From an uncultured Anaerolineales bacterium (lineage in GTDB: Bacteria; Chloroflexota; Anaerolineae; UBA7937; JACPPX01): 64,000 bases of DNA. The stretch spans positions 4,802 to 68,801 of the forward strand of contig CAYGBX010000007.1 in assembly GCA_964348195.1 (NCBI GenBank), in the 5' to 3' direction. The position numbers and the translations under genes were made by a program. Shown here piece by piece: positions 28,411 through 36,758 of this stretch. The notes under the pieces were generated by a model. It was not told the origin of the DNA, did not search any database, and saw only the letters and a program-made list of their open reading frames with translations. Numbering within the stretch: the stretch's first letter is position 1; every line of letters starts with the position of its first letter.

Positions 28411-29304
28411 CTACCCTGGTTCGGTCGGCGACTCTCGTCGGCGCAGGAGGTAGGCGCTTCGCCTGCGGTTGTGCTGGACTTCGCTTAGGAAATCCTCAAC
28501 CTGGTAGCCCGAGGCAAAGCACCGCTCGAAAACGGCCCGGGTCTGGTCTCGCCACGCGCGGGCCAGGGACAGATCCTCGGCCTTTAGGAGCTGGAATTCT
28601 GGGGGGATCTCGATCAGAAGCTCCGCGGAGGTCAGATCAAGCTCCTGCTTGGCCGGCACCGGATGTCCACTCTCGCCAATCTCGGCGCGTACGGCCCAGT
28701 CAGCCCCTGCCTCGACCGCGGTTTCGAGTGACAGAGGGGGCGGCCCCCGATCGATCCGCTCCGCCACCCGTCCGCTCGTGATCCACCAGTCGACCTGGAA
28801 CCGGTCGGAACTCAGTCCTACGTTCAGCGCGTCTGACATCTCACCGTAGGCGTTCCGGATGTACGTCTGGCAGACGGCCCCGAGCTTCGCGATGTTGAAG
28901 TAGCCGTTTCGGCTCTCGAGCGGGTCATAGGTCCAGGTGATGAGATCCAGCCCCTGCTCCAACACAAACTCCCGCTGGCGGAGTTTCAGCCGGTACCCGA
29001 CCCCCTGGTCCCGGTACTCTGGCAGGACCGCGACGATGTGCGAGGTGTGCTTCCAACGGGGGATGGCTCCCTCTTCTTCCTCCCGAGCGCTCGCCCCCAA
29101 GAACCCAAATAGGAAGCCGATCATCTCCCCCCTGTCATCATAGGCTCCCAGGACCAGCCCGCCATTGCGTTGCGCCGTAACCAGGAGATCGGAGGGGACA
29201 AGCTCTGTGTCTCCCATGCCCCACACGCGCCGCTGCAGATCTTCGCAGCGGCGGTACTCCTCGAAGCTGGAGACACGCCGTATGGAGAGACCGTCTGAGG
29301 CCAT
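28411..29304 (-). CDS. GNAT-like acyltransferase commonly paired with NSAR (putative amino-acid N-succinyl/acetyltransferase)
   Basis: It sits directly upstream of the racemase gene on the same strand. It has a GNAT-like core (GVGYRLKLRQREF). Confidence 0.55.
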   Translation of the reverse strand: MASDGLSIRRVSSFEEYRRCEDLQRRVWGMGDTELVPSDLLVTAQRNGGLVLGAYDDRGEMIGFLFGFLGASAREEEEGAIPRWKHTSHIVAVLPEYRDQGVGYRLKLRQREFVLEQGLDLITWTYDPLESRNGYFNIAKLGAVCQTYIRNAYGEMSDALNVGLSSDRFQVDWWITSGRVAERIDRGPPPLSLETAVEAGADWAVRAEIGESGHPVPAKQELDLTSAELLIEIPPEFQLLKAEDLSLARAWRDQTRAVFERCFASGYQVEDFLSEVQHNRRRSAYLLRRRESPTEPG

Positions 29305-29566
29305 GGATCGTCTGGGTAAAGGCCTCTGCGAAGCCAGAGCCAGCTAGATGAGGCGTCTTGGGAGAAGTCTAGGGAACCGAGGCGAGCCTGTCCACGGGCG
29401 GCGTGGCTCGGCCTAGTACGTTGTACGATTGCGGGCCCTCACTAAGTGTGCGAGAATCGGTCCATCTATGGCAAGGGTCTGTTCTGAGGTTGGCGCGGGA
29501 GGTGTCGAGATGCCGCCAAAACGGGAACCAAGAACCGCGAACGGACAGAACGGAGGAGGGAGGGAG

Positions 29567-30385
29567 ATGTTTTCCAAACTGCGCTGGCTAGGTTTGTCAC
29601 TCGTCGTAGGTATTGTTGTCGTTCTGGTGATCGCGGGCTGTGCGACGCCAGCTCCGGAGGCGCCGCCTGCGGGTGTCACCACCGACCTGGGAGGGCGCGA
29701 GGTCACCGTCATGGTGGAGAACGCCTACCCGCCCTTCAACTTCATCGACGACGAAACAGGGGAGGCGGTGGGGTGGGACTACGACGCATGGCGAGCCATC
29801 TGCGACAAGCTCAACTGCACCGCGGTGTTCGTGGAGGCGGCGTGGCCGCCCTTTGAGATGATGGCAGCCGGCGAGCTGGATGTAGCTGCCGACGGGATCA
29901 CCCTACTGCTCGACCGGTCCCTCAGAGTTGATTTCTCCGATCCCTACATCGAGTACGGCATGGTCGCGATGGTTCGAGCTGACGACACGGAACTCACCGA
30001 CGAGGCGGCCCTCGCAGCATCGGATGCGCTCATAGGCAGCCAGCCCGGGACCACCAACGAGGCGGCCGCGCTGAAGATAGTGGGCGAGGACAGGGTCAGG
30101 AGCTATGGCGACTTCACCATCGCCGTGGAGGCCCTGAAGGCCGGGGATGTGGATGCGGTTCTCATCGACGAGGTCGCGGCCGTGGGGTTCCATGAAGCGA
30201 ACCCGGGTGACTTCAAGAACGCGTTCTTCGTGACCAGCGGGGAGTTCTTGGCCTTCGTCTTCCCGCCGCTCAGCGAGCTCGTAGCACCGGTCAACTGGGC
30301 CCTGCAGGAGATGTTCGCTGATGGCACCCTCGACGCGATCTGCGAGGAGTGGTTGCTCCGACCCTGCTCGCCAGCAAGGGAGTAG
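29567..30385 (+). CDS. Polar amino-acid ABC transporter substrate-binding lipoprotein (family 3)
   Basis: ATG 29567 follows the strong RBS GGAGGAGGGAGGGAG. A signal peptide with lipobox (VIAGC) is present. The YPPFNF..DE.GE.VGWDYD pattern fits SBP_bac_3. Confidence 0.8.
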   Translation: MFSKLRWLGLSLVVGIVVVLVIAGCATPAPEAPPAGVTTDLGGREVTVMVENAYPPFNFIDDETGEAVGWDYDAWRAICDKLNCTAVFVEAAWPPFEMMAAGELDVAADGITLLLDRSLRVDFSDPYIEYGMVAMVRADDTELTDEAALAASDALIGSQPGTTNEAAALKIVGEDRVRSYGDFTIAVEALKAGDVDAVLIDEVAAVGFHEANPGDFKNAFFVTSGEFLAFVFPPLSELVAPVNWALQEMFADGTLDAICEEWLLRPCSPARE

Positions 30386-30506
30386 GCACCACGCTATTGG
30401 CACATAGCAGGTGGCAGCTGCGGGGCGCCCCCTGGGCGCCCCGCAGCACGCACCGCCATCAGCGGGGATAGGTCGTGGGCCACACTGAGTTTGCTATCTC
30501 TCTGCA

Positions 30507-31394
30507 GTGGCAGGGGGACCCGTGGCGGTAACTGAGGAAGCAAGGGCCGACCGGCCCGGCTTGGTCCCCGGGACGAGCAGGCTGATAGAATTGCCCTGGT
30601 GGGCACTGGTCGTCCTTCTCGGGGGCGTTCTCTTGGTCTATTTCATCTACTCCGCTCCGCTCTGGCGGGACGCCTTCGAGTTTCTACGTGCGGGGATCCG
30701 GATCACCATTCTGCTGACGCTGACCTCGTTCAGCATCGCCCTGCTGCTGGGGCTGCTGACCGGCCTGGGTCAGCTCGCGAAGAATCCGATAGCCCAAAAC
30801 CTTTCGGCTCTCTACGTCCAGGTAATTCGCGGCGTTCCCCTCCTGGTCCAGTTGCTGTTCGTGGCCTTCGTGATCGTTCCCGCCTTTGTCGACCTCCTCA
30901 ACGACCTTGGAGGCTTCATGCGGCAGACCGCCGCCGTAGGTCCCCTGGGTGACCTGGGCTCTGCCCTTGCCACCCTGAGGCTGCGCGACGTGGACATGAG
31001 GTACCGGGCCATCGTAGGCCTGGCGATCGGCTACGGGGCCTTCGAGGCGGAGGTCTTCCGAGCAGGAATCGAATCCATCGAGCGAGGGCAGATGGAGGCG
31101 GCCCGCTCCCTGGGCATGACCCACTTCCAGGCCATGCGCTACATTATCCTCCCTCAGGCCATCCGGGTGGTCTTGCCGCCTTTGGGGAATGACTTCATCG
31201 CGATGCTGAAGGATTCCTCCCTGGTTTCGGTCCTAGCCGTGCGGGAACTGACCCACCTGGCCCAGCTTAATCGAGCGCGCACCTTCCGTTCGTGGGAGAC
31301 CCTGGGCATGGTGGCCTTTCTTTACCTGGTGTTGACCCTGTCTCTCTCGCTCTTGGTCAAGGTGATGGAGAGGAGGATGGCTTTTGAGAAGTGA
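30507..31394 (+). CDS. Amino-acid ABC transporter permease (His/Glu/Gln/Arg family)
   Basis: An EAA-loop region ([22 protein letters not shown]) and multiple TM helices are present. The start is uncertain. Confidence 0.85.
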   Translation: MAGGPVAVTEEARADRPGLVPGTSRLIELPWWALVVLLGGVLLVYFIYSAPLWRDAFEFLRAGIRITILLTLTSFSIALLLGLLTGLGQLAKNPIAQNLSALYVQVIRGVPLLVQLLFVAFVIVPAFVDLLNDLGGFMRQTAAVGPLGDLGSALATLRLRDVDMRYRAIVGLAIGYGAFEAEVFRAGIESIERGQMEAARSLGMTHFQAMRYIILPQAIRVVLPPLGNDFIAMLKDSSLVSVLAVRELTHLAQLNRARTFRSWETLGMVAFLYLVLTLSLSLLVKVMERRMAFEK

Positions 31395-32145
31395 CGAGGT
31401 CGCGACGGAGACCGACGACATCATCGTCATCGAGCACGTGTACAAGAGCTTCGGGAAGGTCCGTGCGCTGGTGGATGTCAACCTGAGGGTGAAGCGGGGC
31501 GAGGTGTGCTTCATCTTTGGGCCCAGCGGAGGAGGCAAGAGCACTCTACTTCGCTGCATCAACCACCTGGAGACGGTTGATAGCGGAAGCATCACGGTGG
31601 ATGGGATTCCCCTGACCGACGTCAAGACCAACATCGATCAGGTCCGGGCCGAGGTAGGGATGGTGTTCCAGCTCTTCTACCTGTTCCCCCATCTGACGGC
31701 GCTTGAGAACGTCAGCCTGGCCCCGAAAGTGGTGCGCGGGCGAAGCCGAGAAGAGGCCGAAGAGGCGGCGCGAAAGCTTCTGGAGCGGGTTGGGATCCCG
31801 GACAAGGCGGATGCCCATCCGGCCCAGCTCTCGGGCGGACAGAAGCAGCGGGTGGCGATCGCCCGGGCCTTGGCCATGAACCCCAACATCATGCTCTTTG
31901 ACGAGCCCACCTCGGCCCTCGATGCGGAGATGATTCAAGAGGTCTTGGATGTGATGCTGGCCCTGGCCAAGGTGGGGATGACCATGGTGGTGGTGTCCCA
32001 CGAGATGGGATTTGCCAAGGCGGCCGCCGACCGCATGGTTTTTTTGGACGGGGGACGGATCGTCGAAGAGGCGACGCCCAAGGAGCTGTTCGAGAACCCA
32101 AAGGAGGAGAGGACCAAGGAGTTTCTAAGCCGAGTTCTGTACTGA
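31384..32145 (+). CDS. Amino-acid ABC transporter ATP-binding protein
   Basis: Walker A (GPSGGGKST), [15 protein letters not shown] and Walker B ([11 protein letters not shown]) are present. The protein is GlnQ-like. Confidence 0.92.
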   Translation: MRSDEVATETDDIIVIEHVYKSFGKVRALVDVNLRVKRGEVCFIFGPSGGGKSTLLRCINHLETVDSGSITVDGIPLTDVKTNIDQVRAEVGMVFQLFYLFPHLTALENVSLAPKVVRGRSREEAEEAARKLLERVGIPDKADAHPAQLSGGQKQRVAIARALAMNPNIMLFDEPTSALDAEMIQEVLDVMLALAKVGMTMVVVSHEMGFAKAAADRMVFLDGGRIVEEATPKELFENPKEERTKEFLSRVLY

Positions 32146-32320
32146 GCGGGCTCTAGAGCGCGGTGAGCGTGCCAGGGTGGGCGCCATCGCGACTGGGCGT
32201 CCGAACGCTGTCCGTCGGCGCATCTGTCCGACGGATTCTTTGTGCTGGGGCGGCTGCACAGACGCTTTGACCTTGGCGCGCCGGAGGGGGTCGAGAGGGG
32301 TGGTGCCCGCTGGCCGGGAC

Positions 32321-32512
32321 GGCTCTCTGGCTTTGGCCACCGATCTATCTCTGGCCTCGGCCACGGCTCTCTGGCCTCGGCCACGGTTCTCTGGTCTCGG
32401 CCACGGCTCTCTGGTCTCGGCCACGGCTCTCTGGCCTCGGCCACCGATCTATCTCTGGCCTCGGGCACGGCTCTCTGGCCTCGGCCACCGATCTATCTCT
32501 GGCCTCGGCCAG
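32321..32512. repeat. Tandem array of nine 20/24-bp direct repeats, each with a TGGCC-TC-GGCCA palindromic core
   Basis: Hand-parsed units are GGCTCTCTGGCCTCGGCCAC (20 bp, 6 copies with 1-3 substitutions) and CGATCTATCTCTGGCCTCGGCCAC (24 bp, 3 copies). They are contiguous with no spacers. The unit length is not a multiple of 3. Confidence 0.9.
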
Positions 32513-32528
32513 TAGGACCAATAGGCTA

Positions 32529-32558
32529 TTGACCGACTTTGCTGTTGGCGGATATGTT
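32529..32558 (+). promoter_or_regulatory. Candidate sigma-70 promoter immediately downstream of the tandem array
   Basis: TTGACC (32529-32534), an 18-nt spacer, then TATGTT (32553-32558). Confidence 0.35.
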
Positions 32559-32655
32559 GGGGGTGCGGAGCCGACCTAGCCCGTCGGACTCCGTCGAAAG
32601 GCTAGCAGGGAACGATGAGACCCTGTTAGACTTCCTTTCCTCCTCAACCGCGAGG

Positions 32656-32686
32656 ACCCGAGGTGCCCACCTCGGGTTCTCGTCTT
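32656..32686 (+). terminator. Rho-independent terminator-like hairpin
   Basis: ACCCGAGGUG-CC-CACCUCGGGU is followed by UCUCGUCUU. It lies about 100 nt downstream of the candidate promoter. Confidence 0.5.
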
Positions 32687-32770
32687 GGCGAGAGTAGCCC
32701 GGTCGCTGTCAGGGCCCATCGAGAGGGCGTCCGGGCAGGGCCGTCAGGGCGGGTCTTCCGAGACACAAAC

Positions 32771-32800
32771 GGGCCGGAGGGGCTTGTGCCCTCTCCGGCC
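32771..32800 (-). terminator. Terminator-like hairpin just downstream of the DUF2795 gene
   Basis: GGGCCGGAGGGGC-TTGT-GCCCTCTCCGGCC forms about 12 bp with one bulge. On the minus strand it is followed by CGTTTGTGTCTC. Confidence 0.55.
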
Positions 32801-32830
32801 TCTACTTGTTGAGACCTGGGACTGGCCTGC

Positions 32831-33040
32831 CTAGTGAGAGTGGGGCAGACCCAGCACGTGCAAGATCTGCTCCGAATTCTGGTAGGTCCCCGCCGGGAGA
32901 TTCTCCGAGAACCAGTTTCGGGTCTCTTCCGGCACGTGCTCCATGTTGTTGCAGGACTCGACCAGTGTCTGCTTGGTGGCCGGATACGTAACGTGATTCT
33001 GGATATGCGCCGTTACCTCCGCGATACCTTGCTCGTCCAC
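32831..33040 (-). CDS. DUF2795 domain protein
   Basis: YPATKQTLVESCNN...LPAGTYQNSEQILHVLG matches the DUF2795 pattern. I chose the GTG start at 33040, preceded by AGGAGG with 5 nt spacing. Confidence 0.7.
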   Translation of the reverse strand: MDEQGIAEVTAHIQNHVTYPATKQTLVESCNNMEHVPEETRNWFSENLPAGTYQNSEQILHVLGLPHSH

Positions 33041-33272
33041 TGCTACCTCCTGTAGGTGTCTGATCCTCAGGTTAGCAAAGCAAAGGGCTGTCGGCCAGTC
33101 TGTAGTCTCCATACATTCGGTCGTGGACAGGCCACAGGCCGTCTGCTATACTGAGCCTGCTGAGATCATCTTCGAATCGCCAATCCATGTGAACTGAATA
33201 GGGGGTAGGCGGAAAGGGGCAACTGCCTGCCCTCGTATGTCCTCTAGCCCCGCTTCCAGGGAGGGAAGGAGA

Positions 33273-34703
33273 ATGAACAGACGCGTGCTGTGGCTGGGCG
33301 GACTTCTCGTTCTGCTCAGCTTTGCGCTCGCGGGCTGCGGAACGCCTGCACCGGAGATAGTCGAGGTGGAGGTCCCAGGTCCCGAGCGCGTCGTCGAGGT
33401 CCCGGTCGAAGTCCCGATGGAACCCATCGAGACCACACTGGTCGAGTTCTGGACGACCGACAACGAGGAAGACCGGGTCGACGTGTACGAGGCGATCGCG
33501 GAGCGATTCATGGTCGCCAACCCCGAGGTCGAGATCCGCATCGTCCCCATCGATGAGGCCACAATCTCGCAGCGGATCGCCACGGCCCAGGGCGCCAACC
33601 GCCTGCCTGACATCGTCCGCATGGGCATCGAGCGTGTGTCCGCGTTTGCGGCCGACGGGATCCTTGACGAGGACGCCGCTGAGGCAGTGATCGCCAGCGT
33701 CGGCAGGGACGACTTCCGCGCCGGGCCTCTGGCAATGGTCACGAACCCGTCGACAGGGAAATACTCGGCTGTGCCCTTTGACGGCTGGATCCAGGCCATC
33801 TGGTATCGAGCCGATGTCTTCGACGACGCCGGGCTCGATCCGCCGGTGACGTGGGCCGACATCACGGCCGCCAGTGAGGCGCTTCCCGGCACCGGCAACC
33901 TGCTGTACGGCCTGACGCTTGGCACGGATCCTGGTCAGAACTACCCGCATCAGGTCTTCGAGCAGGTCGCAATGTCCAACAACGCCTGGCCGTTCGACGC
34001 TGACGGCAACGTGACGATGGACACGCCGGAGATGATCGCGGCCTTGGACTTCTACACCAGCCTCCAGGACTTCGCACTTCCTGGCCCGCAGTACTGGCGC
34101 GGCGCCCGCGAGGCCTATGAGCTGGATCAGGCCGGTATGCTCTTCTACAGCACCTACATCATGGACGACCTCGTAGAGGGCTCTGGACTGGAGGGCGGCG
34201 GCCAGGTCGAGATCCCAGTGGAGGACCTGGCGCTCAAGACCGGGTTCGCCTCTGAGATGGTCGGCCCCAACGGTTCTGCCTCCTACGGCCAGTTGGTCAC
34301 CCTCGGCATTATGGACGGCGCCGACCCGGTGGCGCAGAACGTGGTCGAGTTCTTCCTGACCGGCGAGAACTACCTGGACGTGCTGGCACTGGCTCCCTTC
34401 GGCAAGGTACCGGTCCTCGAGAGCGCGGTCGAGGGGTGGAGCACATTGAGCCCCTTCTTCGAGTTCTACTCTGACGCGACCATGGCTCAGATCGCGGGTG
34501 GCTACGAGTCCATGCAGCGCTGGCTCTTCCGACCCGGCTACGACGCCACGCAGCGCGCGGTCATCGGCGACATCGAGGGTACACTCCTGATTCCGCAGGT
34601 TATCAGCGCCATCGCTCTGGAGGGGACCATGACGCCGACATCCGGCGCGGCTTTCCTCCAGGAGCAGGTGGAGCAGCTGCTTGCCGATCGACTGGCGGGG
34701 TAG
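33273..34703 (+). CDS. Sugar ABC transporter substrate-binding lipoprotein (family 1)
   Basis: ATG 33273 follows GGAAGGAG. A lipobox (ALAGCG) is present and the protein is SBP_bac_1-like. Confidence 0.85.
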   Translation: MNRRVLWLGGLLVLLSFALAGCGTPAPEIVEVEVPGPERVVEVPVEVPMEPIETTLVEFWTTDNEEDRVDVYEAIAERFMVANPEVEIRIVPIDEATISQRIATAQGANRLPDIVRMGIERVSAFAADGILDEDAAEAVIASVGRDDFRAGPLAMVTNPSTGKYSAVPFDGWIQAIWYRADVFDDAGLDPPVTWADITAASEALPGTGNLLYGLTLGTDPGQNYPHQVFEQVAMSNNAWPFDADGNVTMDTPEMIAALDFYTSLQDFALPGPQYWRGAREAYELDQAGMLFYSTYIMDDLVEGSGLEGGGQVEIPVEDLALKTGFASEMVGPNGSASYGQLVTLGIMDGADPVAQNVVEFFLTGENYLDVLALAPFGKVPVLESAVEGWSTLSPFFEFYSDATMAQIAGGYESMQRWLFRPGYDATQRAVIGDIEGTLLIPQVISAIALEGTMTPTSGAAFLQEQVEQLLADRLAG

Positions 34704-34836
34704 CTCGATATCGTAGCGGAATGGGTGGGGACCCGGCCGGAAGGCTGGGTCCCCCCTTCTTTGACTGAGTTGCGGCCGAGCCGGGTGGCCGTGGTTCCGC
34801 CCGCAGCTGTATGGTGAAAGACGCACGGGCGGTGGG

Positions 34837-35799
34837 ATGGCTGTAGTCACCGAATCGCGCAGGCAGCTGTTGCTGCGGCGCTGGAACGCGCTTGATGCGC
34901 GGGAGTCCCGGCTGGCGTGGGCCCTCGTCCTGCCGACGGCGCTGATCGTCTTCGGGCTGGTCGCTTTCCCTGCGATCTTCAGCGTGTGGATCAGCTTTCA
35001 CGACGTGGGACTGCACAACCTGAACGACGTGTTCAACGCGCCGTTCGTGGGACTGGACAACTATCGATCTGTCTTCGACAACTTTGCCTTCAAGTTCCAG
35101 GGGCTACAGAGCTGGGGAGCTGCCGTCACGAGCGTAGTCTTCTCGTTCAGCACCACGCTCCTGGCGCTGGTGTTCGGGTTGGCGGCGGCGATTCTGCTCA
35201 ACCGGCCCTTCAGGGGACGCGGGCTGACGCGAGCCATCTTCCTGTTCCCTTACGTAGCTCCCATCGTCAGTGTTGCCTTCGTGTGGCGGTGGATCCTGGA
35301 TCCGAGACCGTCTGGAGTCGTGAACGATATTCTCATGAACCTGGGCGTCATCGAGCTGCCCATGGCCTATCTGGCGACCCGAGGCCTGGCTCTGATCCTG
35401 GTGATTCTCCTGGATGCCTGGCGGTACTTCCCCTTTGCGATGCTGATGATTCTGGCGCGGCTTCAGGCCATCGACGAGTCCCTGTACGAAGCGGCAGAAG
35501 TGGATGGGGCGGGGGCGGTGGCCAAGTTCCGCCATGTGACCCTGCCCGAACTCCGCTACGTTCTTGGCGCGATATTCCTCCTCCGCCTCATGTGGACCTT
35601 CAACAAGTTCGACGACATCTTCCTGCTGACGGGAGGCGGGTTCGGCACCAACGTGTTGCCCGTTTTGACCTATCAGTTCAGCTTCAGGCTGTTCGATTTT
35701 GGCCGGGGTGCTGCCACGGCCATGATCTTGCTGGTCATCCTGGTGATCTTCATGGCGTTGTACATCGTGTTTGTGATGCGGCGGACCGAGGAGACCTAG
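34837..35799 (+). CDS. Carbohydrate ABC transporter permease (MalF-like)
   Basis: 6 TM helices and an EAA motif region (EAAEVDGAGAVAKFRHVTLP) are present. Confidence 0.87.
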   Translation: MAVVTESRRQLLLRRWNALDARESRLAWALVLPTALIVFGLVAFPAIFSVWISFHDVGLHNLNDVFNAPFVGLDNYRSVFDNFAFKFQGLQSWGAAVTSVVFSFSTTLLALVFGLAAAILLNRPFRGRGLTRAIFLFPYVAPIVSVAFVWRWILDPRPSGVVNDILMNLGVIELPMAYLATRGLALILVILLDAWRYFPFAMLMILARLQAIDESLYEAAEVDGAGAVAKFRHVTLPELRYVLGAIFLLRLMWTFNKFDDIFLLTGGGFGTNVLPVLTYQFSFRLFDFGRGAATAMILLVILVIFMALYIVFVMRRTEET

Positions 35800-35809
35800 G
35801 GGCTAGCCG

Positions 35810-36733
35810 ATGAATGGCGAAGCAGTCGCGACCGCGCGCCCGCAGCAGTTCAGCCTAATTGATCAGATGGCGCGGTGGCTGACCTGGCCGAGGTTTGCCT
35901 TCGCTCTGGCGATGACGGTATTCCTGGTCAGCATCCTGTTTCCCTTCTATTGGATGGTGAGCTCCTCCTTCAAGAGCCGGGCCGAGATCGGCGGCAGAGA
36001 ACCTGTCTATGTACCCAGCGCCTTGCGCTTCGATGCCTACCAGGAACTGTTCGATCCGAACCACCCTAGCTACCAGAGGTTCGGTATCAACATGCTGAAC
36101 AGCGTTCGAGTGGCCATCCCGACGGCGGCAATCGCGGTGACGCTGTCTACCCTCGGAGCCTACGCCGTAGCACGGCTTCGCTTCCGCGGGAAGGACCTTC
36201 TTCTCAACAGCATCCTCCTTATCTACCTTTTTCCGGGGGTGCTGCTCATCATTCCACTTTTCGCAATGCTCAGCCAGATTGGAGCGCGGCTGGGCTTCGA
36301 CGTCCGTGACAACCTGCCCGTACTGGTCGTCACCTACCTGGCTCAGACCCTCCCCGTAGCGATATACATGTTGGCCAGCTACTTTCGTACCATCCCCGAC
36401 GAGATCGAGCAGGCGGGGCTGATTGATGGATGCAGCCGACTGGGCGTGATCTGGCGCATCACCCTGCCTCTGGCGATCCCCGCACTCGTGTCGGTAGCCA
36501 TCTACACGTTCATGATCGCCTGGAACGAGTTCCTCTACGCGCTGGTGTTCCTGAACGAGCGGGATCTCTTCACCATGCCCATCAAGGTAAACACGATCTT
36601 CAACGACCCGAGCCCGCGACCCCACGTCGTGATGGCCGCCTCCACCATCATGACCCTCCCCGTAGTCTTCCTCTTCCTTGCCCTGGAACGGTTCCTGGAG
36701 CAGGGTCTCGTCGCCGGAGGCGTGAAGGGCTAG
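35810..36733 (+). CDS. Carbohydrate ABC transporter permease (MalG-like)
   Basis: 6 TM helices and an EAA region (EQAGLIDGCSRLGVIWRITLP) are present. Confidence 0.87.
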   Translation: MNGEAVATARPQQFSLIDQMARWLTWPRFAFALAMTVFLVSILFPFYWMVSSSFKSRAEIGGREPVYVPSALRFDAYQELFDPNHPSYQRFGINMLNSVRVAIPTAAIAVTLSTLGAYAVARLRFRGKDLLLNSILLIYLFPGVLLIIPLFAMLSQIGARLGFDVRDNLPVLVVTYLAQTLPVAIYMLASYFRTIPDEIEQAGLIDGCSRLGVIWRITLPLAIPALVSVAIYTFMIAWNEFLYALVFLNERDLFTMPIKVNTIFNDPSPRPHVVMAASTIMTLPVVFLFLALERFLEQGLVAGGVKG

Positions 36734-36758
36734 GCCTGGAATCCCCTTCCCTCCAGCC

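Noticed and set aside
32321-32512. Possible CRISPR array
   Set aside because: The units are directly contiguous, with 20/24-bp periodicity and no unique spacers. No cas genes are nearby. I classify it as a tandem minisatellite.
33072-34850. A 592-aa minus-strand ORF antisense to the sugar-binding protein gene. Similar long antisense ORFs occur at 18001..18978, 10463..11395, 5538..6299, 14860..15789, 35855..36781, 42451..43317, 50967..51734 and 59178..59771.
   Set aside because: They are typical stop-poor shadow frames of GC-rich DNA. Their translations are Arg/Pro/Gly-rich and lack motifs, whereas the opposite-strand genes have clear family signatures.
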